This document shows positions 19,201 to 27,026 of a stretch of DNA of 42,062 bases, piece by piece. Position 1 is the first letter of the stretch. Every line of letters starts with the position of its first letter. The stretch is from a virus. Taxonomy: Duplodnaviria; Caudoviricetes. The stretch covers positions 1-42,062 of the IMG/VR virus record IMGVR_UViG_3300049792_000039; one strand, written 5' to 3'. Below the pieces are notes generated by a model. It ran no database searches. It was not told where the DNA came from and saw only the letters and a list, made by a program, of their open reading frames with translations. A program made the translations under genes and the position numbers.

Positions 19201-19975
19201 TGGTTACTCGACTCGAGCCCAGACCTACCGCCAGACCCTGCAGAGCAGCTTCATCGCCGGTACTGACACCAAGCTGCAGTCGATTACTGCCGCCGGAGGT
19301 GCCTTGTGGGTGACCGTCCAGGATAGCCCCGAGTCTTTCCCGTTCGACATCATGATCCAGGGTTGCCGTCTCCGGGTGGTAGCAACTGGCAACTTGATCA
19401 ACTCGAACCCGTTCCTAAAGACCGGGATCACCGGGTGGACCGCAACCGGCGGCACCCTAATCTGGGACAGGTCACTCAACACCGGTCGGTATGACGGGCA
19501 AGCTACCGGGCGGGTCGCCAATACCAGCGGCGGGTCGGCCACGCTGGTCGCTAAGAACCCGTCGGCTGTCGGCACCATCACCCCCGGCCAGGTGTATCAA
19601 GCCAGCACATGGTTGAGGGTCACCAACACCTCGGCCGACTGTGGTGTTAACTTGAACTGGTACAGCTCGACGGGCACGTTGCTCGGGTCTATCGGCGGGT
19701 CGACCGCCACCCAGACGGCAGCGAACGGCTGGGTGCACTACGCTAAAACCGGTACGGCCCCCGCTTCAGCATCCTACGCCGAGGTGGTGCCGTACGCTGT
19801 GCTAGCCTCGGGGGAGAAAGTCAACTTCGTGGATGCTCGGCTGATGCACCTCGGGTCAAGCGCAGCCAGCCCGCAGACGTTGACGGTGGAGCAGGCTCCG
19901 GTGTACGGCGTGACTAAGACCCTAACGGCGGGGGCCAGCATCACGGTAGCCGACCCGTGGCGAGTAGCACTTTAA
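16289..19975 (+). CDS. Large minor tail / baseplate protein with two CBM4_9-like inserts
   Basis: WTDITADVR...IRITRG...LDNTGGKYSP N-terminus; two repeats of the type TPGxxYxxxxWxR...WY...TAP. Confidence 0.8.
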   Translation: MTGITPVTPVVEMLIGGVWTDITADVRLSSAHSGGGIRITRGVPNEGSIADPTEVSFVLDNTGGKYSPKNELSVNYGKLGRNTPVRFALSRRQDDFIHTEVDNWGRLPSWTDSENKTILGEKWRITGAGSRFDMSGGTATIAAGAGISAATFGTYGDVEVITKVKVSNLTSEFGIMLRLDDPALDEQDWESGLGSWTAGGGTIAISSVQVHAGTQSALLTTSGSPAQTTTRGASVLVTPGRAYRGVMWVRCSVARTITGVIDWYDQNLNLISSGTSGVAVAANTWTLIEVDSTAPDTAYYAQYGPTVGSSPANGTLLFVDDLALVETTLFDAYTAYITPGSPDLLRLGTLTHDGGALASSVSLGTSIVAGDYWWMKAQINGIRRRVKWWKDGTAEPSTWGVRQARTNQDSGKVFPPKVGMVGLYAQGGSAVVTFDSIQVNVWRAHAEITQLPPRWDLSRQDQWAPITAKGITRRLGQGRKALESSTTLYLKGYTASKTWAPLEAFESGAISVPNLVAGAPVPIARNLTLAAPDTTGTLALPGIAGYADFDQDTSFLQVGAAPGAAAGVWSYLNFIRIPNAPASDILMYKVETSGTAAYFLIYHQPDRGVRVEARTRTDVLLSSSVAAMYNGTADLPYGCWLAANLYVYDSGGTVSWAWNYHRPGSTVFLTCNGTFAGSAGIFSRATYQSSSVHTAAGNMQVTQSFHYPGDLPFVTSAFARAAYAYIGEEAIVRWERIADSQFIPHSTIGVTTGSKELGAQTPSKALDLMQEAAQLDYSDMYEERDDFAINLHTRDAMWNQRPVELDIDLGHLTEPLEPVDDDQLTRNDITVSRPEGGFARSVQLTGPLNVNEPEVDASGVGVYDEASSLNYRSDDLLQAVADWKRSRGTLDVIRYPNMMANLNSECYDSDPKLAMALLSCDIGDLLKVTNREVSREPTYQWIRSYEETIDQYDYTLSFVTQPGDMLRVGVVGYSTRAQTYRQTLQSSFIAGTDTKLQSITAAGGALWVTVQDSPESFPFDIMIQGCRLRVVATGNLINSNPFLKTGITGWTATGGTLIWDRSLNTGRYDGQATGRVANTSGGSATLVAKNPSAVGTITPGQVYQASTWLRVTNTSADCGVNLNWYSSTGTLLGSIGGSTATQTAANGWVHYAKTGTAPASASYAEVVPYAVLASGEKVNFVDARLMHLGSSAASPQTLTVEQAPVYGVTKTLTAGASITVADPWRVAL

Positions 19976-19987
19976 GAGGGGGCGCAG

Positions 19988-20428
19988 GTGCCAACAGGTG
20001 CAGGGCAGATCGTCGACGAGGACGATCTTAACGGATTCGGTCGGATCGCGACCTACAACGCTACCTTCAACTCGGGGGCGATCAACACTGTCGAGACGGT
20101 GGTCGACACGGTGGTCTGGCCGTCCATCGCGGGGCGGACCTACCGGCTCGAAGCCTACATCCCCTGGTCGCTCTCGGTCGCCAACGACGAGTTCCTGATC
20201 AGAATGCGGGAGGGAAGCACCACCGCCGGTGGTCAGTACCAGTATTCCTCGGTGAGGCAGGCCAGCACGGGTGTTTTCTCGGTCTATCTCATGACGGAGT
20301 GGACCGAGGTAACCACCGGCAACCGGAGCTTCAGCATCACCGCTCAGCGACAGAGCGGCACCGGGAACATCGTGTTGCGGGGTGCGGTCTCGCAGCCCCG
20401 GATCATCACGGTGGACCGGGTAATCTAA
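19988..20428 (+). CDS. Minor tail protein
   Basis: Beta-rich protein following the large tail gene. Confidence 0.6.
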   Translation: MPTGAGQIVDEDDLNGFGRIATYNATFNSGAINTVETVVDTVVWPSIAGRTYRLEAYIPWSLSVANDEFLIRMREGSTTAGGQYQYSSVRQASTGVFSVYLMTEWTEVTTGNRSFSITAQRQSGTGNIVLRGAVSQPRIITVDRVI

Positions 20429-20440
20429 GGAGGACGAGGC

Positions 20441-21133
20441 ATGGCAAGTTGGGTGCTAATTCCAGCTCTCAAGTCCCTGTTCGCGGAGTTCGATCGGATC
20501 GCCCCGGGCCGAGACAAGGCGAGCGACGGCAGCATCGGCGACACCGCACACTCACAGGAAGTCTCTGACCACAACCCGGACGAGACTGGTAGTGTGCCGA
20601 TCCATGACGCGGACGGCGTCAACGAGGTCCACGCGATCGACGTGGACAACAACCTCAACGAGTCCGACTTGACGATGGAGAAGGTGGTCCAGTTCTTGTT
20701 GGGTCGCTGCCGCTCCGGTGCCGAGAAGCGTCTTCGCTACATCATTTACAACCGTCGCATCTGGTCGGCATCGTCCGACTGGGTGCAGAAGACCTACACC
20801 GGCACGTCGCCGCACACCGAGCACGCGCACTTCAGTGCGTCGTACACCACATCGTTGGAGGCTTCAACGGCCTCCTGGCATCTGGAGGATATTCTCGTGG
20901 CACTGACTCAAGCGGACAAAGACTACATCGCCAACACGACGACGGCGGCAGCGAACAAAGCCGTGCAGGATGCGGCTCGACAGCTGCGACAGTCGCAGGA
21001 TCCGGGTTGGTCGGATACGGCCGCGCACAATCTGGCCGCCGACGCCGCCAACGCCGCTGCGGGTAAGCACGTTCTCGACTACTGGGGGGACCGCCAGACT
21101 GAGAACCCGGCCCCCGCGACCGCCAAGAAGTAG
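20441..21133 (+). CDS. Endolysin, probable Zn peptidase (M15-like HxxxxD...H)
   Basis: RDKASDGSIGDTAH..SDHNPD..VHAIDVD..YIIYNRRIWS..YTGTSPHTEHAHFS; precedes membrane genes. Confidence 0.8.
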   Translation: MASWVLIPALKSLFAEFDRIAPGRDKASDGSIGDTAHSQEVSDHNPDETGSVPIHDADGVNEVHAIDVDNNLNESDLTMEKVVQFLLGRCRSGAEKRLRYIIYNRRIWSASSDWVQKTYTGTSPHTEHAHFSASYTTSLEASTASWHLEDILVALTQADKDYIANTTTAAANKAVQDAARQLRQSQDPGWSDTAAHNLAADAANAAAGKHVLDYWGDRQTENPAPATAKK

Positions 21134-21207
21134 GCTGGAACTGGGCAGGGTATACTGCGGAGTGCCCCCTGCCCCCGCTGGACGAGTTCCCCTTAGGACG
21201 GATATGA

Positions 21208-21498
21208 GTGAGCGACGAGCGAGTCACCGGCCGGTCACGGCTGCCGGGAGCATGGACTTTGATCCGGGACGTGCTGTCGTTCCTGGGCGGGTGGGCTCTC
21301 ATTTTCATGGAGGTCCAGCGTACCGAACTGCGGGAGTCGGTTCTCATCCTAGCAGCTGGAATCGTCGGAGTGCCTTCAGCAGCGGTGGGGGCGCAGGCGC
21401 TGGTCGACGCTCTGGCCGCTCGCCGCACTGGTACCGGCGAGTCGTCCTCCTCGCCTCAGGCGGGAGCAGCCTCGCCGTCGGCGGGTTCGTCGTCGTGA
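21208..21498 (+). CDS. Membrane protein (lysis cassette)
   Basis: Two hydrophobic segments. Confidence 0.6.
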   Translation: MSDERVTGRSRLPGAWTLIRDVLSFLGGWALIFMEVQRTELRESVLILAAGIVGVPSAAVGAQALVDALAARRTGTGESSSSPQAGAASPSAGSSS

Positions 21499-21514
21499 AG
21501 GCGTTGGTTGGTTG

Positions 21515-21826
21515 ATGCCGAAGCGGCCTGTACACCTCCCCCTGTATGCGGTGGTCATCTTGGTCCTTGGTTCCACCCTGGGGCCGGTCTTGTCGATCAC
21601 CGCATCTGTTAAGATCGCAGAACACAACACGGCAGTGGCTGTGGCTCGTCAGGAGCAAGCCAAGGCGGAGGCGCGCGAGCAGAGCCGTTTGCTCGTTTGC
21701 GCGTTCTTCTCAGCGCAGCTCGACGTGTGGGACGAAACACCCCCCATGTCGGCTGCTGGTAAGAATCTACGCAAGACCAACCTGGAGTTCTACACGGCCT
21801 CCGGGTGTCAACCACCACGAAAGTAG
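21515..21826 (+). CDS. Membrane-anchored protein (lysis cassette)
   Basis: N-terminal TM segment followed by a coiled region with two Cys. Confidence 0.6.
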   Translation: MPKRPVHLPLYAVVILVLGSTLGPVLSITASVKIAEHNTAVAVARQEQAKAEAREQSRLLVCAFFSAQLDVWDETPPMSAAGKNLRKTNLEFYTASGCQPPRK

Positions 21827-21833
21827 GGACGAG

Positions 21834-22019
21834 ATGGGTAAGTTCAGCAAGGCGTGGGCGGGTGGAGTTGCGGGTGCCGTGGTCGGTGCCTCGTCGTATG
21901 CCTGGGGCAAGGACGGTTCGATCTCAGGTGAGATCGCGGGCTTCGTCGGCTCGGTCGTGGTCGGCTTCGTCGGCGGTTTCATCGTGGTGTTCATGAGCCC
22001 GGCCAACAAGCCCTCCTGA
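21834..22019 (+). CDS. Holin-like small membrane protein
   Basis: MGKFSKAWAGGVAGAVVG...GFIVVFMSPANKPS, two TM segments; RBS GGGACGAG. Confidence 0.65.
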   Translation: MGKFSKAWAGGVAGAVVGASSYAWGKDGSISGEIAGFVGSVVVGFVGGFIVVFMSPANKPS

Positions 22020-22133
22020 TTCGCCGTCATGCTGGCCCGGGGCCGCGCCTGGGGGTGCCCCCGCCCTGACGCACCGGGCCAGCCACGCCGATTCGTCCTC
22101 TGACCCCACAGATAGGCGGACGAGTCGGCACGG

Positions 22134-22184
22134 AGCGCCCCCCGGGACCCGTCGCCACCGGGGGGCGCTACCGTATGGTACAAT
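22134..22184 (+). promoter_or_regulatory. G/C hairpin plus extended -10 promoter for the neprosin-like gene
   Basis: AGCGCCCCCCGG...CCGGGGGGCGCT followed by TGGTACAAT (22176-22184). Confidence 0.6.
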
Positions 22185-22218
22185 ACTCTCTCATGGTACA
22201 CCCCATCAGGAGGTTTTA

Positions 22219-23259
22219 GTGTTCAAGAAGATGCTGGCTGCGCTCGCCGCGACCATCGTCGGGCTGGGGCTGGTTTCGGCTCCCGCGTCCGCTTCCGTTC
22301 CGGACTGGGACAAGAAGCCCGCCGTGTCGCCTCACAGCACCCAGGTGGCCAAGGACTTCCCGTTCCTTGTTTCTCACCAGAGGAAGACCGCTCTCACGCC
22401 GCCTTCCTCCATGGTCGTCCGGGCGTACACCGGTGCTCGTCAGGGAATCGTCTCCACCGGCTTCACCGCTGGCATGAAGGTTCGCGACAACTACTGGGAC
22501 ACGTACGACTACCACAACCTCACCGAGATCTCGGTGCAGGACAACAGCGACAACATCGTCGAGCTGATCTGGGGTCACGGTTCGTGGTGCCCGTCGAGCG
22601 CGACCTGCCTCGCCTCGTTCTACTGGGTGAACGGCGTGGGTGCGTCGAACTACAACGTCGGGTTCGTGGACTACGCGGGCAGCAACCTGAACATGGGCGA
22701 CACGCTGACCGGCACCACCGAAACGACTGGCTGCACGCTCCCGGCCAGCAAGAACGAGCGATTCTCGATCGCGAAGAACACGACTACCGGCGCGTGGATG
22801 CTGTGGGCGGACTTGTGCTACGGTGACTCTACGGCGGGCCAGTGGCTGGGCGAATTCCCGGCGTCGCTGTGGACCTCCTCGGGCGCGTCGTTCACGCAGT
22901 CCGACTTCGTGCAGATTTTCAACGAGACGGCCACCCAGTACAACGCTGGCGGCTCGCCGAACAACGACGGTTACCCGTGCTCGGACCAGGGTGCGTCGCT
23001 GGCGACTTCGGTCTCCGGCACCGGCATGCGGTTCGCGGACATGACACTCACCGGTGTGGCCAACACCTCGGTGAACTTCGTGCCGTACGTGGATTCGACC
23101 GGCGGGTACATCAACTCGGAGATGACCACCCCGGCTCCGGGCAAGTATGGCGCGGCGATCCTGGCGGGACAGCCCGCTGGCAACGCACGCTACATCAACG
23201 CCGGTGGTCTGGCGTTCGGCCCGACCGGCAACACCGTCGGCGGGGCTAACTGCACCTGA
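22219..23259 (+). CDS. Secreted neprosin-family (DUF239) glutamic peptidase-like protein
   Basis: Signal peptide ending ASA; HNLTEISVQ..NIVELIW, FYWVNG..NVGFVDY, WLGEFPASLW, FTQSDFVQIFNETA and PCSDQG parallel actinobacterial neprosin domains, with both catalytic Glu positions kept. Confidence 0.75.
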   Translation: MFKKMLAALAATIVGLGLVSAPASASVPDWDKKPAVSPHSTQVAKDFPFLVSHQRKTALTPPSSMVVRAYTGARQGIVSTGFTAGMKVRDNYWDTYDYHNLTEISVQDNSDNIVELIWGHGSWCPSSATCLASFYWVNGVGASNYNVGFVDYAGSNLNMGDTLTGTTETTGCTLPASKNERFSIAKNTTTGAWMLWADLCYGDSTAGQWLGEFPASLWTSSGASFTQSDFVQIFNETATQYNAGGSPNNDGYPCSDQGASLATSVSGTGMRFADMTLTGVANTSVNFVPYVDSTGGYINSEMTTPAPGKYGAAILAGQPAGNARYINAGGLAFGPTGNTVGGANCT

Positions 23260-23273
23260 CCCTGAATAGCAAC

Positions 23274-23303
23274 CGGCCCCCGTTTCACGTGAAACGGGGG
23301 CCG
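23274..23303. promoter_or_regulatory. parS: parS site inside a 30-bp perfect palindrome (also a likely bidirectional terminator)
   Basis: CGGCCCCC-GTTTCACGTGAAAC-GGGGGCCG; core 23282-23295 equals the actinobacterial parS consensus; lies between convergent genes. Confidence 0.88.
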
Positions 23304-23311
23304 TCTTGTGT

Positions 23312-23503
23312 TTAGGAGTGGACGGTCTGGTGGTGGATCTCCAGGAAGTCCACCCCACGGAGCATGCGGGGTGCGCTGACCAGGACCGTCGGGGGCAGCC
23401 CCGGGACCGGGACCTTCAGCTGGATCTTGACGATGCCCCGCGCGTCGGCTCTCATTTGGGTCTCCCTCGTCCGTTGGGCAGCTTCCGCCCTGTCTAATTC
23501 CAT
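23312..23503 (-). CDS. Hypothetical protein
   Basis: MELDRAEAAQRTRE...; last gene of the leftward whiB operon. Confidence 0.5.
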   Translation of the reverse strand: MELDRAEAAQRTRETQMRADARGIVKIQLKVPVPGLPPTVLVSAPRMLRGVDFLEIHHQTVHS

Positions 23504-23507
23504 TCTA

Positions 23508-23720
23508 TCACCGCTCGGCTCGCGGAACAAGGACTTCGACGGATCGGTGGTTGGCGGCAACGATGGTGCCGCTGGGCAGGTTCACCCACACGCGCCGTCT
23601 GGCTTGATCGATCCGGACCACGGTGCCGGTCGACCCGTAGTAGGCGTGACGGGGGTGGGTGAGCCTGACGTGGGAGAACAACCTGATCCCCACCAGCCCC
23701 GTCCGGTCATGGAGTCCCAC
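23508..23720 (-). CDS. Small SH3/KOW-like beta protein
   Basis: VRLTHPRHAYYGSTGTVVRIDQARRRVWVNL. Confidence 0.55.
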   Translation of the reverse strand: MGLHDRTGLVGIRLFSHVRLTHPRHAYYGSTGTVVRIDQARRRVWVNLPSGTIVAANHRSVEVLVPRAER

Positions 23721-24054
23721 GGCTCTTCGACCTTAGCGTCATTTCGAGCGCGGTCACCGTGGCTGCCTGGGCGGCCATTTCCTCGCGCCACCACCGGACG
23801 TCACTGACGGCCTCCTTGAACGGCGGGTAGGACTCCGCCCAGAGCGAGCGTTTAGCAGCCTCTTCGCTGTGCCTGCGCATCTTAGCCCAGGCCTTACGGT
23901 GGCGGGCGATAGCGTGCATCAGCTCCACCCGAGCCCGAATCAGCTCCCGCTCGACCTCGTCTGCGCTGGGTTGACCGCCCAGGACCCCGTGAGGGTAGTC
24001 GGCAGCGAACAGAGGAGCACCCAGCTCCAACGGCTTAGTCCTAATCCCGCCCAC
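23707..24054 (-). CDS. Hypothetical helical protein
   Basis: Overlaps its neighbours in an operon-like arrangement. Confidence 0.6.
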   Translation of the reverse strand: MGGIRTKPLELGAPLFAADYPHGVLGGQPSADEVERELIRARVELMHAIARHRKAWAKMRRHSEEAAKRSLWAESYPPFKEAVSDVRWWREEMAAQAATVTALEMTLRSKSRGTP

Positions 24055-24232
24055 GGGGAAGCCCCTTAATGCTGTCGGTCTCGCCGGAGTCGATCACGGC
24101 CTTCAGCTCGTCTTCGTTGATGCGGTTGTCCCACGGGCTGGTGTGTGGGTCGCTGCCGTATCGCCACGGGTTGAACCGGCGGCGCGGGAGTAGCGACCTC
24201 AGGTTACGCCATAGCCAGCGCACGGCGAACAC
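24041..24232 (-). CDS. Hypothetical protein
   Basis: Overlaps the whiB end and the next gene. Confidence 0.5.
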   Translation of the reverse strand: MFAVRWLWRNLRSLLPRRRFNPWRYGSDPHTSPWDNRINEDELKAVIDSGETDSIKGLPRGRD

Positions 24233-24461
24233 CTCCGGCTTGGCGGACAGCCTTCCGGCGCTCGGCTTCGCTCATACCGCCCCACACCCCGGCGTCCTGG
24301 CCGGTGTCGAACGCCCAGGCCAGGCACTCGGTTCGGACGGGGCAGAAGCTGCACACCGCCTTGGCCTCCTCGGTTTGCAGTTCGGCAGGGCCGGTTGTTC
24401 CCACGGGGAAGAACAGCTCGGGGTCTTCGTCTTGACAGGCCGCCTCGTGTCGCCAGTCCAT
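24204..24461 (-). CDS. whiB: WhiB-family transcription factor (WhiB1/WblE-like)
   Basis: MDWRHEAACQDEDPELFFP...AKAVCSFCPVRTECL...GVWGGMSEAER with four Cys. Confidence 0.96.
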   Translation of the reverse strand: MDWRHEAACQDEDPELFFPVGTTGPAELQTEEAKAVCSFCPVRTECLAWAFDTGQDAGVWGGMSEAERRKAVRQAGGVRRALAMA

Positions 24462-24507
24462 GTCGGGTGTCTCCTCTCGTCCTGTCCGGTCGACCCGGAC
24501 AATAACC

Positions 24508-24537
24508 ATCCCATCATGCTGGTTACCCCGCCGTCAA
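24508..24537 (-). promoter_or_regulatory. Promoter for whiB
   Basis: TTGACG-N18-TGGGAT; closely similar to the site at 38405-38434. Confidence 0.55.
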
Positions 24538-24649
24538 TCCCCCGGACAGCCGACGTCTTGACCCGCGAATAGGGGTTACGGCGTCGGCGGGTCATGTGGT
24601 AGACTACTCTAGAACGCAGCGCACCACCCCGAGTCCAGGAGGACGAGAC

Positions 24650-25342
24650 ATGACCGACATCGCCACCGAGGCCCCCGCTGAGGCTTCCGCTCCCACCGAA
24701 ACCACCCCTGCTCCCAAGCCCCCGAAGCCGGTTGTCCAGCCCCACCCCTGCCTCTGCCAGACCTTCGAGCTGTTCGGCACCGAGACGGTCAACGGGGAGC
24801 CGGAAGAGGTGACCTACCAGTCCGAGTGCGGCCTCAACACCAAGGGCACGTTCGCCCAGGGCCACGACGCCCGGCTGGTCAGCTTCCTGGTCGACGGCCA
24901 CCGTGACGGCTACTCGATCCGGCAGACCGTCAACGGCAACGCCACCAAGTTCGACACCCCGGCGCAGGCCGTCGCTTCCATCAGCGAGGCGCTGCGGAAC
25001 AAGGCGGAGAAGGCCACCGCCAACATGAAGTCCAAGCAACAGGCCAAGCAGGACGCCGCCAAGGAGCGCGAGGCCAAGAAGGCCGCTCGACAGGCCGAGA
25101 AGGCCCAGGCTGCCGCCGCCAAGGAGACCAAGAAGGCCGAAGCGAAGAACACCGGCGAGGTGGTCGCCGGTTCTACCACGGGCGACGTCGCGCCGCTGGC
25201 CGAGGGCCAGGTTCGCATCAAGGCCGGTCGGTGGGAGTACGTCGCCACCAAGAACGCGGACGGCGGGGTGACCTTCGTCGACGGCAAGGGCGAGACCCAG
25301 GTTCGCGCCGAGGGTGACGGATACACCGTCCTGGAAGGCTGA
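24650..25342 (+). CDS. Hypothetical protein with CxC..C..FAQGHDA motif and Lys/Ala-rich linker
   Basis: RBS AGGAGGACGAG; upstream TGGTAGACT; paralog of 26386..26931. Confidence 0.8.
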   Translation: MTDIATEAPAEASAPTETTPAPKPPKPVVQPHPCLCQTFELFGTETVNGEPEEVTYQSECGLNTKGTFAQGHDARLVSFLVDGHRDGYSIRQTVNGNATKFDTPAQAVASISEALRNKAEKATANMKSKQQAKQDAAKEREAKKAARQAEKAQAAAAKETKKAEAKNTGEVVAGSTTGDVAPLAEGQVRIKAGRWEYVATKNADGGVTFVDGKGETQVRAEGDGYTVLEG

Positions 25343-25424
25343 TCGAGCCGACACCGCCATGCGGTTCGAACAGGCCGCCCCAGGGGAATCCCCCTGGGGC
25401 GGATCCATGTGGTAAAATGGACGC

Positions 25425-25649
25425 ATGACGAAGTTCCGGGTCCAGTACACGTCGGTCAAGCCGGGCGGGGCGCGCGAACGCGAAGACGACATAGTTTACG
25501 CAGGCGACCGGGGTGTCCTGGCGGTTGGTGACTACCTCGATCAGCACAACGTCTGGGCGGCCGACCCGATCGTCGTCACTGAGCACACCCAGTCGGACGG
25601 CATCGGCCGGATCGTCCCAGCGAGCGAATGGGACGTCTGCGAAGACTGA
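25425..25649 (+). CDS. Hypothetical protein (probably leaderless)
   Basis: ATG 6 nt after TAAAAT. Confidence 0.7.
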   Translation: MTKFRVQYTSVKPGGAREREDDIVYAGDRGVLAVGDYLDQHNVWAADPIVVTEHTQSDGIGRIVPASEWDVCED

Positions 25650-25657
25650 ACAGAAAA

Positions 25658-25687
25658 CGGCCCCCGTTTCACGTGAAACGGGGGCCG
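25658..25687. promoter_or_regulatory. parS: parS site inside the identical 30-bp palindrome
   Basis: Core GTTTCACGTGAAAC at 25666-25679; lies between convergent genes. Confidence 0.88.
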
Positions 25688-25714
25688 CTCTGTACCCGGT
25701 GACGTGGTCGTTTA

Positions 25715-26110
25715 CTACTGGACGCGTTTCGCCGGGTCGTTGATGCGCTCGCGACTGGTGCCCCAGTCGTTCGCCACGATGCGGTGCTTCTCGACCGGCG
25801 CGCGGTCCGGCTCGTCGACGAAGTGGCCGTCCTCGGTGATGGCGCGACCCGACACCGCGTCGTGGTAACCGGCCTGGTTGACCACACGGCGGGGGTCGTC
25901 GCCGAGGACGTGCTCCGCCCCTTCGATGACCTCAGGCGTGCCGACCGGGCCGGTGCTGTGGTTCGCTGCCCCGGTCGGGTTCGCGTCCGACTGCAGGGGG
26001 CCGGGGGTTCCCGGGGTCGTTTGCTCGACGGTCGCCGGGCTGTCTCCGCCGGTCGTGTTCGCCTTGCTGTCGTCGGTCGTGCTCGTTTTGTTGTCGCGTG
26101 CGGTGGGCAT
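25715..26110 (-). CDS. Hypothetical low-complexity protein
   Basis: RBS GGGAGG; MPTARDNKTSTTDDSK...; Thr/Pro/Gly-rich. Confidence 0.7.
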   Translation of the reverse strand: MPTARDNKTSTTDDSKANTTGGDSPATVEQTTPGTPGPLQSDANPTGAANHSTGPVGTPEVIEGAEHVLGDDPRRVVNQAGYHDAVSGRAITEDGHFVDEPDRAPVEKHRIVANDWGTSRERINDPAKRVQ

Positions 26111-26190
26111 GTCGCCTCCCGAGTAGGGGGTGTGGATCCGTCCGATTAGCATACCACCGGCAGCGACCCAGCGCACGCGGACGGGTAAAC

Positions 26191-26298
26191 TTCCTAGGAC
26201 ACTAGGAAATCGAAGCGCTTCGACGGGAAAGCGCTTGCCTAAATCGATCACGAGGAGTGATGCCGGCCGTCACCTCGAGTAATGTGGCGTACGTCACA
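26191..26298. promoter_or_regulatory. Cluster of operator-like palindromes (unassigned IR, 2 LacI-like, 2 BldD-like, 1 CRP-like)
   Basis: TTCCTAG-N4-CTAGGAA; TCGAAGCGCTTCGA; GGAAAGCGCTTGCC; TCAC-N5-GTGA; TCAC-N5-GTAA; TGTGG-N6-TCACA. Confidence 0.6.
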
Positions 26299-26385
26299 CG
26301 GAGATGGCTTGTGCCGGGGGGTTCAATACGGTAGAATTCTTCTTAGAGGGCGAGGGAAACGAGCCCCAGACGGAAGAAGGCCCAA

Positions 26386-26931
26386 ATGCAGATCACCACC
26401 AAGCAGCTCCCGTGCTACTGCCGCTCCTTCGAGTTCGGCGAGTTCGATGGCGAGAACGAGAACGCCGTCAGCTACGACACCGACTGCGACCAAGTCACCA
26501 CCCGGGTTTTTGCCCAGGGTCACGACGCCAAGCTGGCGGGGTTCCTGGTCCGGGCCGAGATGGCAGGCGAGGAGATCCGCGTGGTCGAGGGCGGCGTCGC
26601 GATCAGCGGAGACGCCCGGTCGATGGCGCGCCGGGTGAGTGAGCCCTTTGAGGCCAAGGTGGTCGCCCTGATCGACGCCGCCCGTCGTCGGGTCGCCAAG
26701 AAGGCCCTCGCGGACGCCACTAAGGCCGCCCGCAAGTCGGCTAAGACCGCCGAGCGCAAGCTCGCCGAGGACGCCGGGGTGGTCGTGAAGCTGGCACCGA
26801 TCGAGGCCCGGATCAAGGTTGGCCGGTGGGAGTACGACGCCCAGATCGACCGGGACACCCGCGAGGCGACTTACGCGGGCAAGCTGGGCGGGAGCAAGAC
26901 GGTGGCGGAGGGCAAGTACTCGGTCCTGTGA
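26386..26931 (+). CDS. Hypothetical protein, paralog of 24650..25342
   Basis: PCYC...DC...FAQGHDAKL..FLV and RIKVGRWEY. Confidence 0.8.
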   Translation: MQITTKQLPCYCRSFEFGEFDGENENAVSYDTDCDQVTTRVFAQGHDAKLAGFLVRAEMAGEEIRVVEGGVAISGDARSMARRVSEPFEAKVVALIDAARRRVAKKALADATKAARKSAKTAERKLAEDAGVVVKLAPIEARIKVGRWEYDAQIDRDTREATYAGKLGGSKTVAEGKYSVL

Positions 26932-27026
26932 CGGACTTCACACGCCGGGGGGATTCCCCCCGGCGTCTCCGTCTGGTAAAATTGAATTTAGAGGGCGGGG
27001 GGACCGCCCACAACGAGGAGGACGAG

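Noticed and set aside
26191-26298. Cloning-vector polylinker artefact (many palindromic hexamers)
   Set aside because: The hexamers mostly lie within longer operator-like dyads, and there is no vector backbone or marker nearby
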